Notes: a model not told the origin generated them from the letters alone. A stretch of 64,000 nt of DNA from Octopus bimaculoides (GCF_001194135.2 NC_068983.1:108750029-108814028), one strand, 5' to 3'. Shown: positions 39,380 through 53,560, counted from the stretch's first letter. Program-made: numbers and translations.

Positions 39380-40350
39380 ATTTTATTCATTCCTCAAGGG
39401 TGTGATGTTAATAACCTACGAACATATTTCTCCTCGTGCATTTTGAGTATTGTAAGTGATGCAGATTCTGAATATTTTCTGAGAATATGCACTTTCAAGT
39501 CTTTTTCAAAACTGCAGCTGTTTGAAGCAAAATGTTTGGCAAGTTCTGTTGAGCTACAGTTATTGTGCCTGACGTCATATCTGTGCCTATTAAACCTTTT
39601 GCTTAATTGTTCTGTTATATAACCAACATAAAGCAAGTTGTGTTTCATGTATTCTGCCACGTACAGCAAATGGGAATCTCTACATGTTCCATCTCCTGTA
39701 TAAATCATAACATTTCTGTTATGATTCCTGATGGAATTCACTTGACTCATGTTGTTGCACAATAAACAGGGATTACCTCTCTTGTGGCTGTTTTACAAAG
39801 TACAGCTTGCAGATACTCCAATGTTAGTTTTCTTGGAATGAGAAATAGAGGTTAATTGTCCTCTTATATTTTTATTCCATTTAAAGGCTACAATAAGTGG
39901 CTGAGGAAATATCTGTTTGAAACGAGGATATTTTACCACAACATGCTGGTAACTTTCATGCAACATTTTCGAAATGCCAGTTAATCATTAAGGGAAAGTT
40001 TGACTGTCTTTGCTAATCTTAGGTATGTCATTTATTATTTCCTTTAATCATGATTCACTGTAATTGCATCTGACATAATGGTATACAAAAACATTTACAT
40101 GTTTCTAGTAAACCCCTGTGTCAGTACAAATCCGTTTCATCCTCAAAAATTGGGATTTCAGATTTGACCAAATTATATGATGTGGATGATTGGCGTGGTG
40201 GTGGAGGTAACTGTGGGATGATGTGGGCTTGCAAAATAACTCTGTCACTATTCTGCCTCTGGATAAGGTGCTCAGTTTAGTACTAACATTCAAGTTTACC
40301 TTACTGTGGTTTTGTCCATCCTTCTTAAGGCTGTGGGGCATAGACCATGT
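39380..40350 (-). mobile_element. Penelope-like element fragment (RT C-terminus plus GIY-YIG endonuclease)
   Basis: TELFCKPTSSHSYLHHHANHPHH...SQFLRMKRIC; FPQPLIVAFKWNKNIR; LLYVGYITEQLSKRFNRHR...ELAKHF...EEKYVRRLLTSHP. Confidence 0.88.
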
Positions 40351-40500
40351 ACTTTCCTTACTTAAGGATTTACAACAGTTTCACATGCATTGCCTTAGGC
40401 ATATCTATAGCACTGACTATGAGAAAGAATTCAATATCAAGATCATGCAACACCATCTGCATGGAGTTCATCACCATGGAAGAAGAACTTCCAGTAATAA
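40350..40500 (+). pseudogene. Possible RTE LINE fragment
   Basis: LKDLQQFHMHCLRHI resembles the RTE post-RT motif LEQFHxRCLRxI. Confidence 0.3.
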
Positions 40501-41206
40501 TAATGCTAATCACAAATTGATATATGATACACAGTTGAATAATTCCTGACCTGATTTCGATTCCATGTGGTACTATTTGTCTTTATTTATAATCTTAATG
40601 CTTTGACATGAGCCTCATAATCCCAATCTTCATCATAAAGTCAGCAGATGGAAGTGCAGACATTTAGATGATTTAATGTATTATATTGTCATGTCATAAA
40701 TAAATAGATTCATTAATATACGTACTCATGCATACATAGACGCATATAATTAGATATATTTGTTTCAAAATATGTGAGAAAAATCATTTGACTACTTAAT
40801 TTCAATTTCAAATTACTAAGAAAAAGTATTTAAGTTATTCAGCAATATGACCTTAATGTTATTGTCATTAAAATAACACACTTGATTTCCAGTGAAAATA
40901 GACAATTTAGATTAATTTATTGAGAATGCAATCATAATATGCGTTTGTTTGGACAAAACGAAGTGAAGAGTCATTATACATTTGTAATAGGAAATTGTAC
41001 TCTAAGATTGTATAATTTTCCATAGTTTTCAAGATGCTTAAAATAAACTTGATGGACATTATTGAATTTATCTAACTTTCATTTACTTAAAAACTACATA
41101 ACAAAAATTTGTGTGTCTATGTGTGTATTATGCTATATATGATATATATTTTATATATGCTTTTTATATTATATATTATCTGTGTGCTTATATATACTCT
41201 TATTCT

Positions 41207-41310
41207 TTTACATGTTTCAGTCATTTGACTGCAATCATGCTAGAGCACCACCTTTAGTCAAAGAAATCGAGCCCAGGACTTATTCTTTGTAAGCCTAGTA
41301 GTTATTTTAT
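41207..41310 (-). mobile_element. Family B SINE 3' fragment
   Basis: gtttcagtcatttgactgcaatcatgctagagcaccacc...caggacttattctttgtaagcctagta, shared with 44710, 60790 and 61825. Confidence 0.8.
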
Positions 41311-43331
41311 CCTACTTATATATTGTACTTGTAATGAGCTATTTACATGGTTGATTTCCATTTTTAAAAATTCCTATCTTTTCCAGCTTGTCACTTTGGT
41401 ATTTACAACAAAACTAAGTTCACCAATTATTATTGGAATAAATGTGAATTTATAATCTGGATACAGAAGCTGAAGGCTTCAAATCAGTTGTTCACAATTA
41501 TCCTCTTTCTCTTTGATTTTTGAAGAGATATTCACACCAGCCAGGCAGCTGATCTCTATGACAGTGCAAACTGTTTCTTGTCTGGGCCAGTATGTATGTA
41601 CATAAGTATTGAAAAATAAAATTAGATAGCTTAATGTGTCTAGAATAAATTTTGTGTAAATTGGCCATTTTGGAAGTAGTGCAATGATTAAATAGCTGTT
41701 CATGATGGCATAGACTTTTACTTGGTTTCAGTAATCCTAAGGAAGTTATTGTTTTTAACTTTCTACATATTGATATAAAAAGTATTCAGTATGCGTGACA
41801 TCAATGCGTATATATTGAATAATTAAGATCAAAGTTAGCTGAGTGTAAATAAGGCTAAAGAAAATATAAATTTATTGATTATTCAAGGGTTTTGATAACT
41901 AGGCACAGAAACTAGCGAAGGGAGAATGCATTAAGGTAATTGCTAAAAATCCATGCAGTAAAATGAAATGAAGCTCTTAATACTTTAGAAATGATAATGA
42001 AAGAATGAAAATCAGTCAGCTTTATATAATTCTGTATGTTGAAGCTAGTAGTTGACTTGTCTATTAGAAGTGGCATTGTCATTACAGTTTTTCTTTTTCT
42101 TTTTTGTTTTATATTTATTGTGTGTCTGTATTGAAATAATGATAAAGAAATTGCAAAGAATATCAAATCCATTGTGAGTGAGAAATTTTACTCAGTAGAA
42201 AATGTTTTCTCCGTGACACTTAGAGTGGATAACATATTTGATGCTTAAAATAAGTATTGTTACTAAAAATCGTCTCTGTAAGGTGGACATTTCTTACTGC
42301 CATGAAAGATAAGAGACATTATCAGAACAGGATGTGATTGACCACATGTATTGTCATAGCTGTCCTATTATTTCAGCTAGTGAGATTTCCTATATATTTT
42401 AGATATCATATGAATAACTTTAACTTATTCAACTTCATACAGTTATTTGATAGTAGCAATTGTCCACTTTGTAAAATATTATGTACCAAATGAGAAAAGC
42501 ATATTTCTCCAATTCTTGGATATTCAATCAATGAACTATAATAAGTTATTGATGGATTTAAGGTAGAAACTGTTTAACACGAAATTCAGAATTCTTTTAA
42601 ACCTTCCAAATTAACATTCTGGTAACTTTGATAAAATCTGAGAACAGTTTGCTATATGTATATATATGTATGAGTGTCTGAATTGAATAATGTAATTTTA
42701 ATGAGCAAATGATATAAAGGGCTTGAAATGTAATAGCTATTAAATCAAAAGAATTAAATCTGTTTTTAAGGCAAAACAGCAATGTATATAAATACTTAAA
42801 GTGTTAACACAATCAAATAATTTCCCCAAGTATTTGTTATAGTCAATGCAGAAAAAAGCATAGAAAATTATAGGAATAACAATAAATTTCAGTTAAGAAA
42901 TATGAAAAGAATAGTGGATGACAAAATAAATGAAAGCTTATTATTACTATGATTGTTGGCATATATCAGTTTAATAAATATCAGTGCTGATACAAAGTCT
43001 TTTCATCTATGAATTTTGTTAAAAATTAAGAAACAGAATATCTATATAAAACTCTTGCTCAAATTTTAAAAGTAAGTTTTGTCTGAAACAGTATCTTTCT
43101 CATATGATGTACAATAACTTAGCAGACAACTCAAATAATGTTATATTTTAAAGAATGAAGTTAATAAATTCTTACTGTGGTCGATTCAATGAGTATTTCT
43201 TCCAAATGTTTTTATATACATATAAAGAAAAACTGAAAGGTTAACAGGTATGTATTTATCACTTTGAAACAAGACACCTTTCTGGACATTCAATTCCATA
43301 ATAATTTAATTAGATATATTCATATTTTAAG

Positions 43332-43372
<41 letters not shown>
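43332..43372. repeat. (TA)n microsatellite
   Basis: Seen directly. Confidence 0.95.
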
Positions 43373-43375
<3 letters not shown>

Positions 43376-44709
43376 AATTATGATGAAGATAAGATCAACA
43401 ATAAACTAATTTAGATTAATCAAGTACATACTTTTAAAGTACCAACTTTTATATCTTATATTTGTAATTCATTAAGTAATATTAATAAGTCTATAATTCT
43501 TAAAAGGATAGTAAATAATTTTATGCTATTTGATTGAAAACAAGCCACTTTTATATCTTTTTGTTTATTCAGTGACAAGAATTACTTTCATTTTCTCAAA
43601 TGGTTTCTCCTTGATAAATGTTTATGAAATCAATAATTATCATTGTAGTATATGATAGTCACATAAATGATAGGATTTAGTAAATTCTCTTGGTTGTAAC
43701 TACTTATGTTAGACAAGATGTATGTTAATGAAAATGAAGACTTAACTGAATTAAAGCTATCTATTTCATTAGAGAACTATTTCACTTAAAATTAAATTTA
43801 AGATTTTATAATTGCTGTGTAATAAAAATTTAATTGCTCTTTAATAAAAAGTGATAAAAAAATGTCTCAATATATGCTAATTCATTTACATCTAAATATA
43901 ATTCAATATTCTACAGTTACAAATTGTTAAACCTTTGTTGGGATTTACTATCACTATATTTCAAAGGAAAGTATTATATATTAAACAAGTTTTCATAAGT
44001 GGGACAGGCAAAATAACTGTTTCTAGAAATGCAAAATTTAATAATGTTTGATGTTAAAACTGTCAAAATTTATTTATAATAAATATTCCTACAGGACATT
44101 ATTATATATAATTAATTTGCTATCATAAGTAGCTTAACCCTATCTTAAAACTGATTAACATTTCTAAAAATGCAATTGGATTGGGTTGGATTTTACTAGA
44201 ATTAGGTAGGAAATTTTTCATTCTAATGCTATGTAATTTGTTGTTAGCAGGTAAGAAATCATATGATTGTTCCTAAATCATAATCTATACCATAATCAGT
44301 AACTTTTGTTCATAGCAGAAATCATTGGATAAATTTCAAATAATTTATGACAAAATTAATAGAGTAGCAAACAAAATGATTTGAGATATTTAATTATGAT
44401 ATTTTATGTTCTGATTTCAAATCTCAATGGAAAGAAAATTTGCCTCTCACCTTTCAAGAATCAATAAAATCAGGTAATAAAGTTGATTCAATTATCTGCT
44501 CTCTACTTTACAAAATTTGTGTTTTCTGCCAAAGTTTTAAATCTGTATTTTCCCTCTTTATTGTGTCCAGTCATAAGTAATATACTAAAACAATTAGACA
44601 TTGTACAAATAAACTAATGTATTGTCATGATGAATAAGTAAAGAAAAATATGAAAGTAAAAATCACTTGATAAGTATTTTTTAATCCTATTAAACTTTAT
44701 TCTCTTATT

Positions 44710-45082
44710 TGTTTCAGTCATTTGACTGTGGCCATGCTGGAGCACTGCCTTTAATCGAAAAAATCGACCCCAGGATTTATTCTTTGTAAGCCTAGTACTT
44801 ATTCTGAAGGTCTCTTTAGCTGAACTACTTAGTTATGGGGATGTTAACACACCAAAATTGGTTATCAAGCGATGATGGTGGGACAAATACAGACACATAA
44901 ACACATGCATATATATATACACAACGGGCTTCTTTCAGTTTCCATCTACCAAATCTACTCACAAGGCTTTGGTCAGCCCAAGACTATAGTAGAAGACACT
45001 TGCCCAAGGTCCCATGCAGTGGGAATGAACCCAGAACCATGTGGTTGGTAAGCAAGCTACCACACAGTCACTCCTGTGCCTA
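44710..45082 (-). mobile_element. Family B tRNA-derived SINE, near full length with an internal CA/TA tract
   Basis: On the minus strand the head has an A-box-like tgactgtgtgg and a B-box-like ggttcattccc, followed by ccttgggcaagtgtcttctactatag; the tail matches the other family B copies. Confidence 0.85.
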
Positions 45083-45477
45083 AACTGTTTGATTTTGACA
45101 GATGATGATATATTGTTTAATTCTAATAACAAATGCTCCCATCGAGAATATATTTTTAAGAGGGTCTATAAAATTGAAATAAATATCATTATTTCAGCCA
45201 TTATTTTATGATAACCAGAAATTCAATATTAGTGGTAATTGGCAAAGAATATTTTCTGCCAATGTCAATAAAAGTATTAATTTTTATGAGGTAAAGCAAT
45301 GGATCTCAAATGGTACACTGCAACACCATTAGCGTGATATGTTTCAATATAATATGACCATATTTTAATAAAAAAAGCATTAATAATAATGATTTCTTTT
45401 CAGAAGCAGAAGACTGTGGAAATTATTATACTTATTTTTAAAGAAAGTATACTCATTTCCATTGACACAAGTATACA

Positions 45478-46627
45478 CAGGGTATGTAAGATATTTGAGA
45501 ACAGCTTTATGTTTATATTATAACAGATAATAACTTTATTTATCAAAAAATGTTATGAGAATAAAATAAACCTTCTTTTCTATAATGTTATTCAATAAAG
45601 CCACCTTCAGCTTCAACAGCTGTTTTTATATGAGATCTAAATCATTTACACGCTTGAATCAAGTGGTTCTGGTTCATTACTGTGACTATGGCTTTCAAAG
45701 AATCTTTGGTACTATGGACGTGTTCATTGACCTCTCTCTCAGCAATGCTCCACATATAATAGTCCAATGGATTGAGATCTGGGGAATTAGGAGCTATGTG
45801 ATCATGAAAATTTCAGCCATCCATTCCTGTGTTACTAGAACCATTAGTGCAGTCTTACTGAAACACATACACTGTCCATTGCATAGACAGTCTATCCAAG
45901 GCTTAATAATTATTTCCAGGACCTCAATGTAAGTAGCAGAGTTAACTCTAAGGCCTTGTGGAAAGAAGTTAGGAGGCATCACATGTTCTTCATTGCTGAT
46001 AACCTCTCCATGACAGTTTCAGGAAATTTTGTATGCGTAACACTTGGAACTTCAGAAGGGTCTCCACATAACCATCTGTCATTTCTTCTATTAACTTTTT
46101 GATCTTGGTTGAAGTTTTTCTCGTTGAGAAAAACCAAATCAAATCTTCTTCTGCTGGATTTTTCAGTTTGTTTAAGAGCCTTTTAGATCTGATGCAGTGA
46201 TTTTCTTTTGCTTTTTCAGACAAATTGACCTTTCCTCATCATATACGACTTACATCTGATGTCTTCGTGGATAACATTTCTGACTGTTCTTTATGATAGA
46301 TGGAGATCATTTGCAATTGACGTCATGGACGTTCTGTCATTGTAATCAATGATCTGTTGAACTTGCTGTATAAATCCAGGTGTTCTGATGTTTTCAGATC
46401 ATTCAGAATGCATTTTATGCTTCTCTTTACAAACTTTTAGATATCAAGATATTTCTAAATCCCCATGCTCAGCCTTTATAACCACAATAACAGCATGCCT
46501 CTTCATTTCTTGAGTAAGCTGAGGGTGTGCCATTATTATTTTCTGAAACAAAGATTATACACAGTTAGTAAAAAAAATGCAGTAATGACCCCAAAAAGTT
46601 ATGTCCTCAAATACCTTATGCACCCTG
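45478..46627 (-). mobile_element. Tc1/mariner element (maT/DD37D-like) with both TIRs
   Basis: cagggtatgtaagatatttgagaac (45478-45502) versus the reverse complement of 46603-46627, cagggtgcataaggtatttgaggac: 20/25 match. TA at 46628-46629. Confidence 0.85.
45588..46506 (-). pseudogene. maT/DD37D-like transposase pseudogene
   Basis: MKRHAVIV...LLNKLKNPAEEDLIWFFS(D)EKNFNQDQKVNRRNDRWL...HVMPPNFFPQGLRVNSATYIEVL...YVFQ*D...PNSPDLNPLDY...EAEGGFIE*. Subfamily assigned from motifs; D-D spacing could not be counted because of indels. Confidence 0.9.
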
Positions 46628-49600
46628 TACATGCTACCTATTCTATTCCTTTGACAATTAAAAAATGTTAACTCAAAGAAATGTTTAAAGAAATCATAAA
46701 GTATATAAGTTAATATTCTGTTATATTTATCAATTCATCTGTGTTTCATATATTATTTTCAACATTGTTGTAAAAGAAATTTATAGTAAATTTTGCTGAT
46801 TCTTATACTTGACTGACGTTATTTTATCAATGCCAAAAGAAAAAGAAAAACAGAATTAACAACAGCAGGCACTGTAAAGGAATGTAATAAACACAATAAG
46901 GCATTATATCCAAAGCCTTCCTGTTTCTGTCATATGTCAAACATCATTCTATGATAATATAATTCAGTGATAATAAAATTGAGTGATATATACATCCACA
47001 ATATTATTATGATGTAGAAGAGATATAAAATCTATTAATATAATTTTTATAAATGTCAGAAATTTTTACTAGCTAATTTTAAAAAATCAGGTTTAAAAAA
47101 TTATTTCAGAAATTTTAATGATAAAAATTCATATAGTTTAGTTGTGAATTTATATTAAGTTAATTCTAAATATTAGAAAAAGAATGTTTTTTTACACTTT
47201 GTCTCTTTCTATTTCTAATATAAATTTCATCGTATTCTCACTTTGTAGTATTTCTCTTTCTCTCTTTTTCTTTCCACACACCCACATATATATGTACATA
47301 CACACATACACATGTGTGTGTATGATGTATGTGTATGGCTGATTATAGCATTTTATTTAAAGCATGTGGACTAACATCCCTGCATATATATAAATTACAT
47401 CCTATGCTTTTACTGAATTAAACATTTATGGTATTCAAACACACAAAATCTATCTATTTTGTTGATAATACTTTATTTGATTATGATAAGATTAATTACA
47501 ACTTGTGTAAAAATATTTTGTGCATTCTGGTTTCCTTGATGATATTTATAAGGACAATTTTATGACTCCCTAGGCTGCAGATGCATATCCATTATGCTTT
47601 TATAGCAGCTCATTTCAATAAATGGATAATTCTTATCAACTTATATCAAAAGAATAAAGAAAAATTCATTGAGAAAACTTTTTACATCAAATTATCTAAA
47701 ACTTTATAGTAAAATACAAAAAACGGATTTTCATATGATAATACCAATTTCAAATAAATATGCACAAAAAATTATATTCAAAATGTATCACAAATTCAAA
47801 TATCAATATATTCTATGAGAAATAAACCGAACCAATAATAGCTAAAACTTATAATCAAAACAGAAGAAAGAAATGACAATTAATATGTATATAATGAAGG
47901 AAGGATTAAGTATTGTCTTTTTTGAAGAAGGAATAATGAAGCATGAGGCTGGCTCATTATGAAACAAAAACTTAATATATTTCCATAATGTACCAAAATA
48001 TTCTAATTCATTTAGGTCATTCTATAAGAAGTTACACCAAAATCTACTTTATACATACATATTATGTATGTACATATGTATATTCATTCATATATGCATA
48101 TATTTAATTTATATTTTAAAAATGTGATTGTAGACTTAAGGAAATTAGAACTGACATTTGGAATATTAGATTCTTAGAAAATGAAAACCACTAAATAAAT
48201 TTCTCTATTTTCAAATGACTGCTAATTGATAAAATACAGTAAATAATTATTCATAATAAAAGAACTTCAGTAAAGTAACTTGTATTACACTAACATTTAT
48301 TGAAGTAACATTACTTAGCTAATGATTGTTTAATAATAAGAGTAAAAAATGTGTCTAAAATTAGCTTGAATTTTTCTTTCCTAGAGATTTTGCAAACATC
48401 TAGAAATTTTTTAATATCTGTTTTCATGTTAAAGATGGGTTATTCTAAATAAAATAACTCTGAGTCCCCATTAGTACACCCCCCACACACAAGTAATTAT
48501 AAATATAATTATTTAAAATTACTAATTTATGAAATTTGAATTTATTTTACTTTCAACATATCTAAAATCAAATATTCATTAAAAAATTTCTGAATGTTTG
48601 TAAATCTCAAAATTTTTCAAGCCAAATTTTGATACTTTTATTTTCATTATTAAGTGACCATTAGCTAAGTAATTTTGCTTCAATAAAAATGAATGTGATA
48701 TGTTGCTTTACGGAAGTTTTCAATTTCTCTTACAATGAATAACCACCCATTGTATTACATCAATAAGTAGTCAATTGAAAATAGAAAAATAGATTCAGTA
48801 GATTTCTTTTGCTTTCTAAGAATATAATCTTCCAAATGTCAATTCTAATTCTTTTCTTAAGTCTATAAAAGTATTTTTTTTTTAAATTATGAGACAAAAA
48901 TATCAAGCATGAATTACACAAATGCATAGAAATACCCACACAAATATGTGCACATACAGACATGAACATAAACATTTAAGGTAAAATAAATCAGAGGTAT
49001 TCAATTATGAAAGAAATATTCTTCAATTAATTATTCAATTAATTTTCCTAAAATCTTTTTGTTTTAACTATGACCCCAAAAAATAGACTTTTGAATCTTA
49101 GAAAGGAAAAGAAAACAAACAATAAAAATGTGTTCATTCTTTTAATAGCATTAGCAAATTCAGATGCTGTGATATATATATTTACAATTAATCTGATCAC
49201 TGACAGGTTGATCTTTCAAGAACTAAAGAGATAATGAAAAATTAAATAAATTTATTTTATACACTTTGATTCAAAATGATAAACATTTCCCATTAATCAC
49301 CAATGTTAATATTAGTTTATCTTTTTATCTTAAAAGTATTACTTTTTGAAACTATAAAGGAAATATTATTTATTAAGCATTTAATCAGACGTTTTTCTTG
49401 CTGTTGAAGAGCATTTGCTACATTGTTTGATACAGGAAAACATAAACATTTCATCTTTCTAGTAAAAATTGTTTTTTTAGAACTATGTTTTTTAGCACTG
49501 AAATTAGTATTTCTATCAAAAGTTTTTAAACTGCAAATTTTGTTTATACTTTGAATGAACTTTCACTTAAGCAACATGCCATTATGGCACTATACTACAT

Positions 49601-50405
49601 AGAGTTATATGTTCAAGATTTATTATATTAAAGTTATTACATGGACAAATATCAATTTCCTTCTGGATTAACAATAAAACCTAGAATACACAAACACACA
49701 CACACAGAGTGACAAATCAAATGAAAATAACATATTTTAAGTTCATTATTAAGAAAATATTATCTTATCAATTCTCACACAATGGGATAAAAGACATAAG
49801 CAGGAACTTAACCGAAGTACAAATAAACAATCTTTAAATGTCACTGAAATTAATAAAAAAGGTAGTTAAAATCCATATATTATAAATGAACTTTAATGCT
49901 ATGCTTCAGAGAGAAGCATTAATAGCAAAATAAACAATAAAAACATGCATAAAACAAAACTATATCAAAAATATTTTATATTTACTACTTGAATTTACTT
50001 TCAACTTAGTGTTTCAATGAAACATGCCATTGACTTGAAAAATTTCTGTTAACTAATGTTATACAAGAATGTTTACTGTGTAGTTAACAGCTGGTTGTAT
50101 ATTTCATTACTTTATTACTTCATTAAACAAGTTCTTGTAGAGAAGCATTTTCTTTGCTGTTTTACAATGTATTCGAACAAATGTATAAGAGCTAAAGCTT
50201 TTACATTCATAAATATAGGTTAGCTATTTGGTACTTAATTGTTCTTAATAAAGAGTATATTTTATAGTTCAGATTTCATTCCCAATTTGAAATATTATTT
50301 ACACATTAGTTTGTAATTTGCGAAAATTGTTACAAATGCTTATGAGAAGTAATATTATATCCTTAACACCTTACATATCACTCGTACTTACATATACAAA
50401 GACAA

Positions 50406-50950
50406 TACATGCTAGCTACTTGATAAAATCCTATAAAGATTTTATCCTCAATTATAATGATAAATATGAATTCACTTAAACCAAATTTATTTGCTGCTGA
50501 ATTATTTTGGTTATTCACATGTGGCTGAGATGAACGAACTAGATTTAACTTGTATATAAGTGTGAACATTTGCATATGCACTGTGGATACATTGTGTTCG
50601 TTTGGTATATACAAATGTTTACATTTATGTACTTTTGATTATATCATATTGAGGATGGTAAAGTGGTATTACACCCCTAAACCAGAAATCAATCTATGGC
50701 TTAACCTTTTAAAAAATCTGTTTTGTTCATTCCCTCACTTTCAGCCCATGTCTATGTGATAAATAAGGTAGTTTTAGAGCCATTTGGCGTCTTCTTCTAG
50801 CATGTGGCATTACTCAGTAGTTGCCCTTATTATAATTTTATAATTATATTTATAAAATTAAATTCATAGTATTAATTTTTACCTAAATGGTTTTTTACAT
50901 GCTAGCTACATGATAAAATCCTATATAAATTTTATCCTTGATTATAATGA
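50406..50950. repeat. 55-bp direct repeat pair (50406-50460, 50896-50950) with an internal palindrome
   Basis: tacatgctagctac.tgataaaatcctata...attttatcct..attataatga occurs twice. Confidence 0.85.
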
Positions 50951-51349
50951 GATATATATATAAATACATAATGTACTGTTCCATGATAGAAAGATCAACA
51001 AAAAAGTACTCCATCTGATGAGAGATAAACATTATTTATTTAAAGGACACAATACATGTTTCTTTAAGTACTACTAATAGTTTCATATGTTGAGAAATAT
51101 CTCGAATATATTAATTAGGAACAAAGCATATATCATAATGAACTAAAAACATTGAATAAGAGAAATGTGAAAAAGCAGAAAAGGCAATATATAGAAACTG
51201 CAGAAGGTTAGGAAATGGAAAACGAAAACATAAAATGTAAAAAAGGTAAAAGATTTATCCTCCATAGACCTTAAATTGTAAGGCTGGCAAAATATCAACA
51301 AGTTAATCAGGTATAGGCAGAATTTTCCAATATTTCAAAATATATTTAT

Positions 51350-51830
51350 ACATATGTTTGCAACCTCTGAAAATTTCAGACCTAGATTTCAGTAGAGGGT
51401 TAGGGATCTGAAAAGATACTGACTTCTTTCAGGTAAACATAGCCTACATTTATTTGATCCATTAATGTAAGGTGTGAATTTCTCAATTATTTTCCACTTA
51501 ATCATGTGATGTTTAACTAGCTTTCAAACTCCATATATGGCTAACCAACTTTGTAGCTTTGCTTTTGTCTTTATGTTGGAAGGAGGCTATGTGGTTGACA
51601 TAGTGGTTTTTAAGTTCACCTTCACATAATCTAATATAAGTCTTCTTATCTGTTGTATTAACATTTAGCATTGCAGTAGCTTCTGCCTCATATATGACAG
51701 ATTTAATCATATATCATTGATCAAGTGGTCAGGATCCTGGGTCGTGACAGTTACAACCAGGTTTTGGCTCATGGTATTGACCTCATGTGATGATACTCTT
51801 CATATTGAGACAGCAGTTATATAATAATTT
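51350..51830 (-). mobile_element. Penelope-like GIY-YIG endonuclease fragment
   Basis: CCLNMKSII...GCNCHDPGS*PLD...KSVIYEAE...KKTYIRLCEGELKNHYVNHIASFQH...ATKLVSHIWSLK...KWKIIEKFTPY...KCRLCLPE...KSRSEIFRGCKH. Confidence 0.85.
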
Positions 51831-52239
51831 CACAGAACATATATAAATATGTGTATGTGTGTAGTCAACAGGTGACATCCAGAATGCTCAACATAGAAAG
51901 CATGTAGAAGTGCTCATATGGCTTGAACTTATACTCCAAAGTCTTTACTGAGGACTGTTTTCATGGTATAAAGAGTGGCTATAAGAGGAATCCAGGTGAG
52001 CTGATATGGAGATAGTGATGCAAATAAACAAACTTGGGTTTGATAAATAGTTGTATATAAGTTTATAGATATATATTTGCATAACAAATTTACAGAGTAC
52101 AAAAAATAGGGAGAATTAAGGAAAGTGGGCATGGTATTTCAGGCCTGATAGTTTTTTCCGGGAGACTCAGAATTATGTAATAGCTGTAATGTTGTTGGTA
52201 CTACTCAAATTCTTGTTTTCACGCCAATTGATCGAATGC

Positions 52240-52760
52240 GTCAAGCAGATACCATACATCCCTGTCTTAACACCAATGATGATGTTCTTCATGAAGTGTA
52301 GATTGTTGTTTATACAGTCCAACATGCCCTGAGTTAGTTCCATGAAGTGATGCTTCTGCTGCTCCACCAGTACATTGTAGATGAATTTCATTGACACTCC
52401 CCACATGCACAAATCTTCTATTAAATGTACTGATCATGTGCTTATTCCCACTTCGTGAGCAATTTCCTGGAATGTTATACAATAGTCTTCCATGACTGTT
52501 CACTGAACCTTCTCAATTAGCTCCTTGTTTAAACTTGTTGACAGCCTTCCTGAACATACGTCACTCTCCACTAAGGTGAAGCCATGTTTCAAGTGGTTGT
52601 ATCACACTTTAATCTGAGCTTTTCCCATGGCTTCATCACTAAAAAACTTGCTTAATCTTCTGGATGGTTTGAACTTGAGATTCAACAAGCTTTTGGCAAA
52701 ACTCAATGTAATATTGACACATATGGTGAAAGTTCTTCTTCCAGAATTTCAACCTATAGA
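52240..52760 (-). pseudogene. Mariner transposase N-terminal fragment
   Basis: YYIEFCQKLVESQVQTIQKIKQVFSDEAMGKAQIKV*YNHLKHG...SGRLSTS...ITFQEIAHEVGIS...FMKNIIIGVKTGMYG. Confidence 0.85.
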
Positions 52761-53169
52761 ATGCCTTCCCTGTTTCAATCATAAGTATTGACTCAGAAAA
52801 CTTCAAGAGAACATTAATGGTTTCAGTTTCACCAACCTGAGATGGCCTGTTACAAAGGCCATGGACACTTCTATTTTCTTCAAGCCCATCAAATACATGA
52901 ATAATTGTTTATATATATATATATACATATACACACACACATACATAACATTGTTTATTTTTAACTACTCAGAGGAAACACTCACCCTTTACATTATTCT
53001 ATACCATAATAAGCCATATGATATGAAAGTATTGTTTGTGAAACCCTGAGTTACAACATATTATATATATACTATATCATTTCATATGTATGTCTCTATT
53101 TATGTATGTCAGGTCTTTTGTGTAGTGTCTCACAAGAGCGATTGGTAACATGGAATCCAATACAACTTG

Positions 53170-53560
53170 TGTGAAATGGTCATCAGCTACCCCTACCAGG
53201 CCAACCTGGTGAGGAAGTTTTCTAGAGACCCAGCAGAACTAAAAACAAGATCAAAAGGATGGATGAACCCAGTATAAGTTCAGTAACTATCTAGAAATAG
53301 TACAGACTCTCAGAAATTCTAGGTTCATGTCAAGTATACTGGAAGATCACTGGGATCAAATCATTATTCAGCCTTTTGTGAAAACATGTCTTTAGATAAA
53401 GGTCATTCTGATATAAAAGCCAGATATGCAGGGAATGGCAGTGGACATTTTGGGGATCTTATACTTGCACTTGAGATTATGGTGCACCCAAATTTTTGAG
53501 TCTGCAATCCATATTGACACTAGATATCGTGTCTCTGGATCATGTCAGTTGGATGGGGAG
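53170..53560 (+). repeat. Decayed interspersed repeat (possible LINE 5' region)
   Basis: agacccagcagaactaaaaacaagatcaaaaggatggatgaaccc is related to the reverse complement of about 24210-24270. Confidence 0.3.

Noticed and set aside
41526-41589. GC-richer 64-nt candidate exon
   Set aside because: The acceptor is weak (gaag), the peptide is unrecognised and there is no gene context.
52130-52165. TIR for the third mariner
   Set aside because: No matching inverted partner was found near 52.8 kb, so only the transposase fragment is called.
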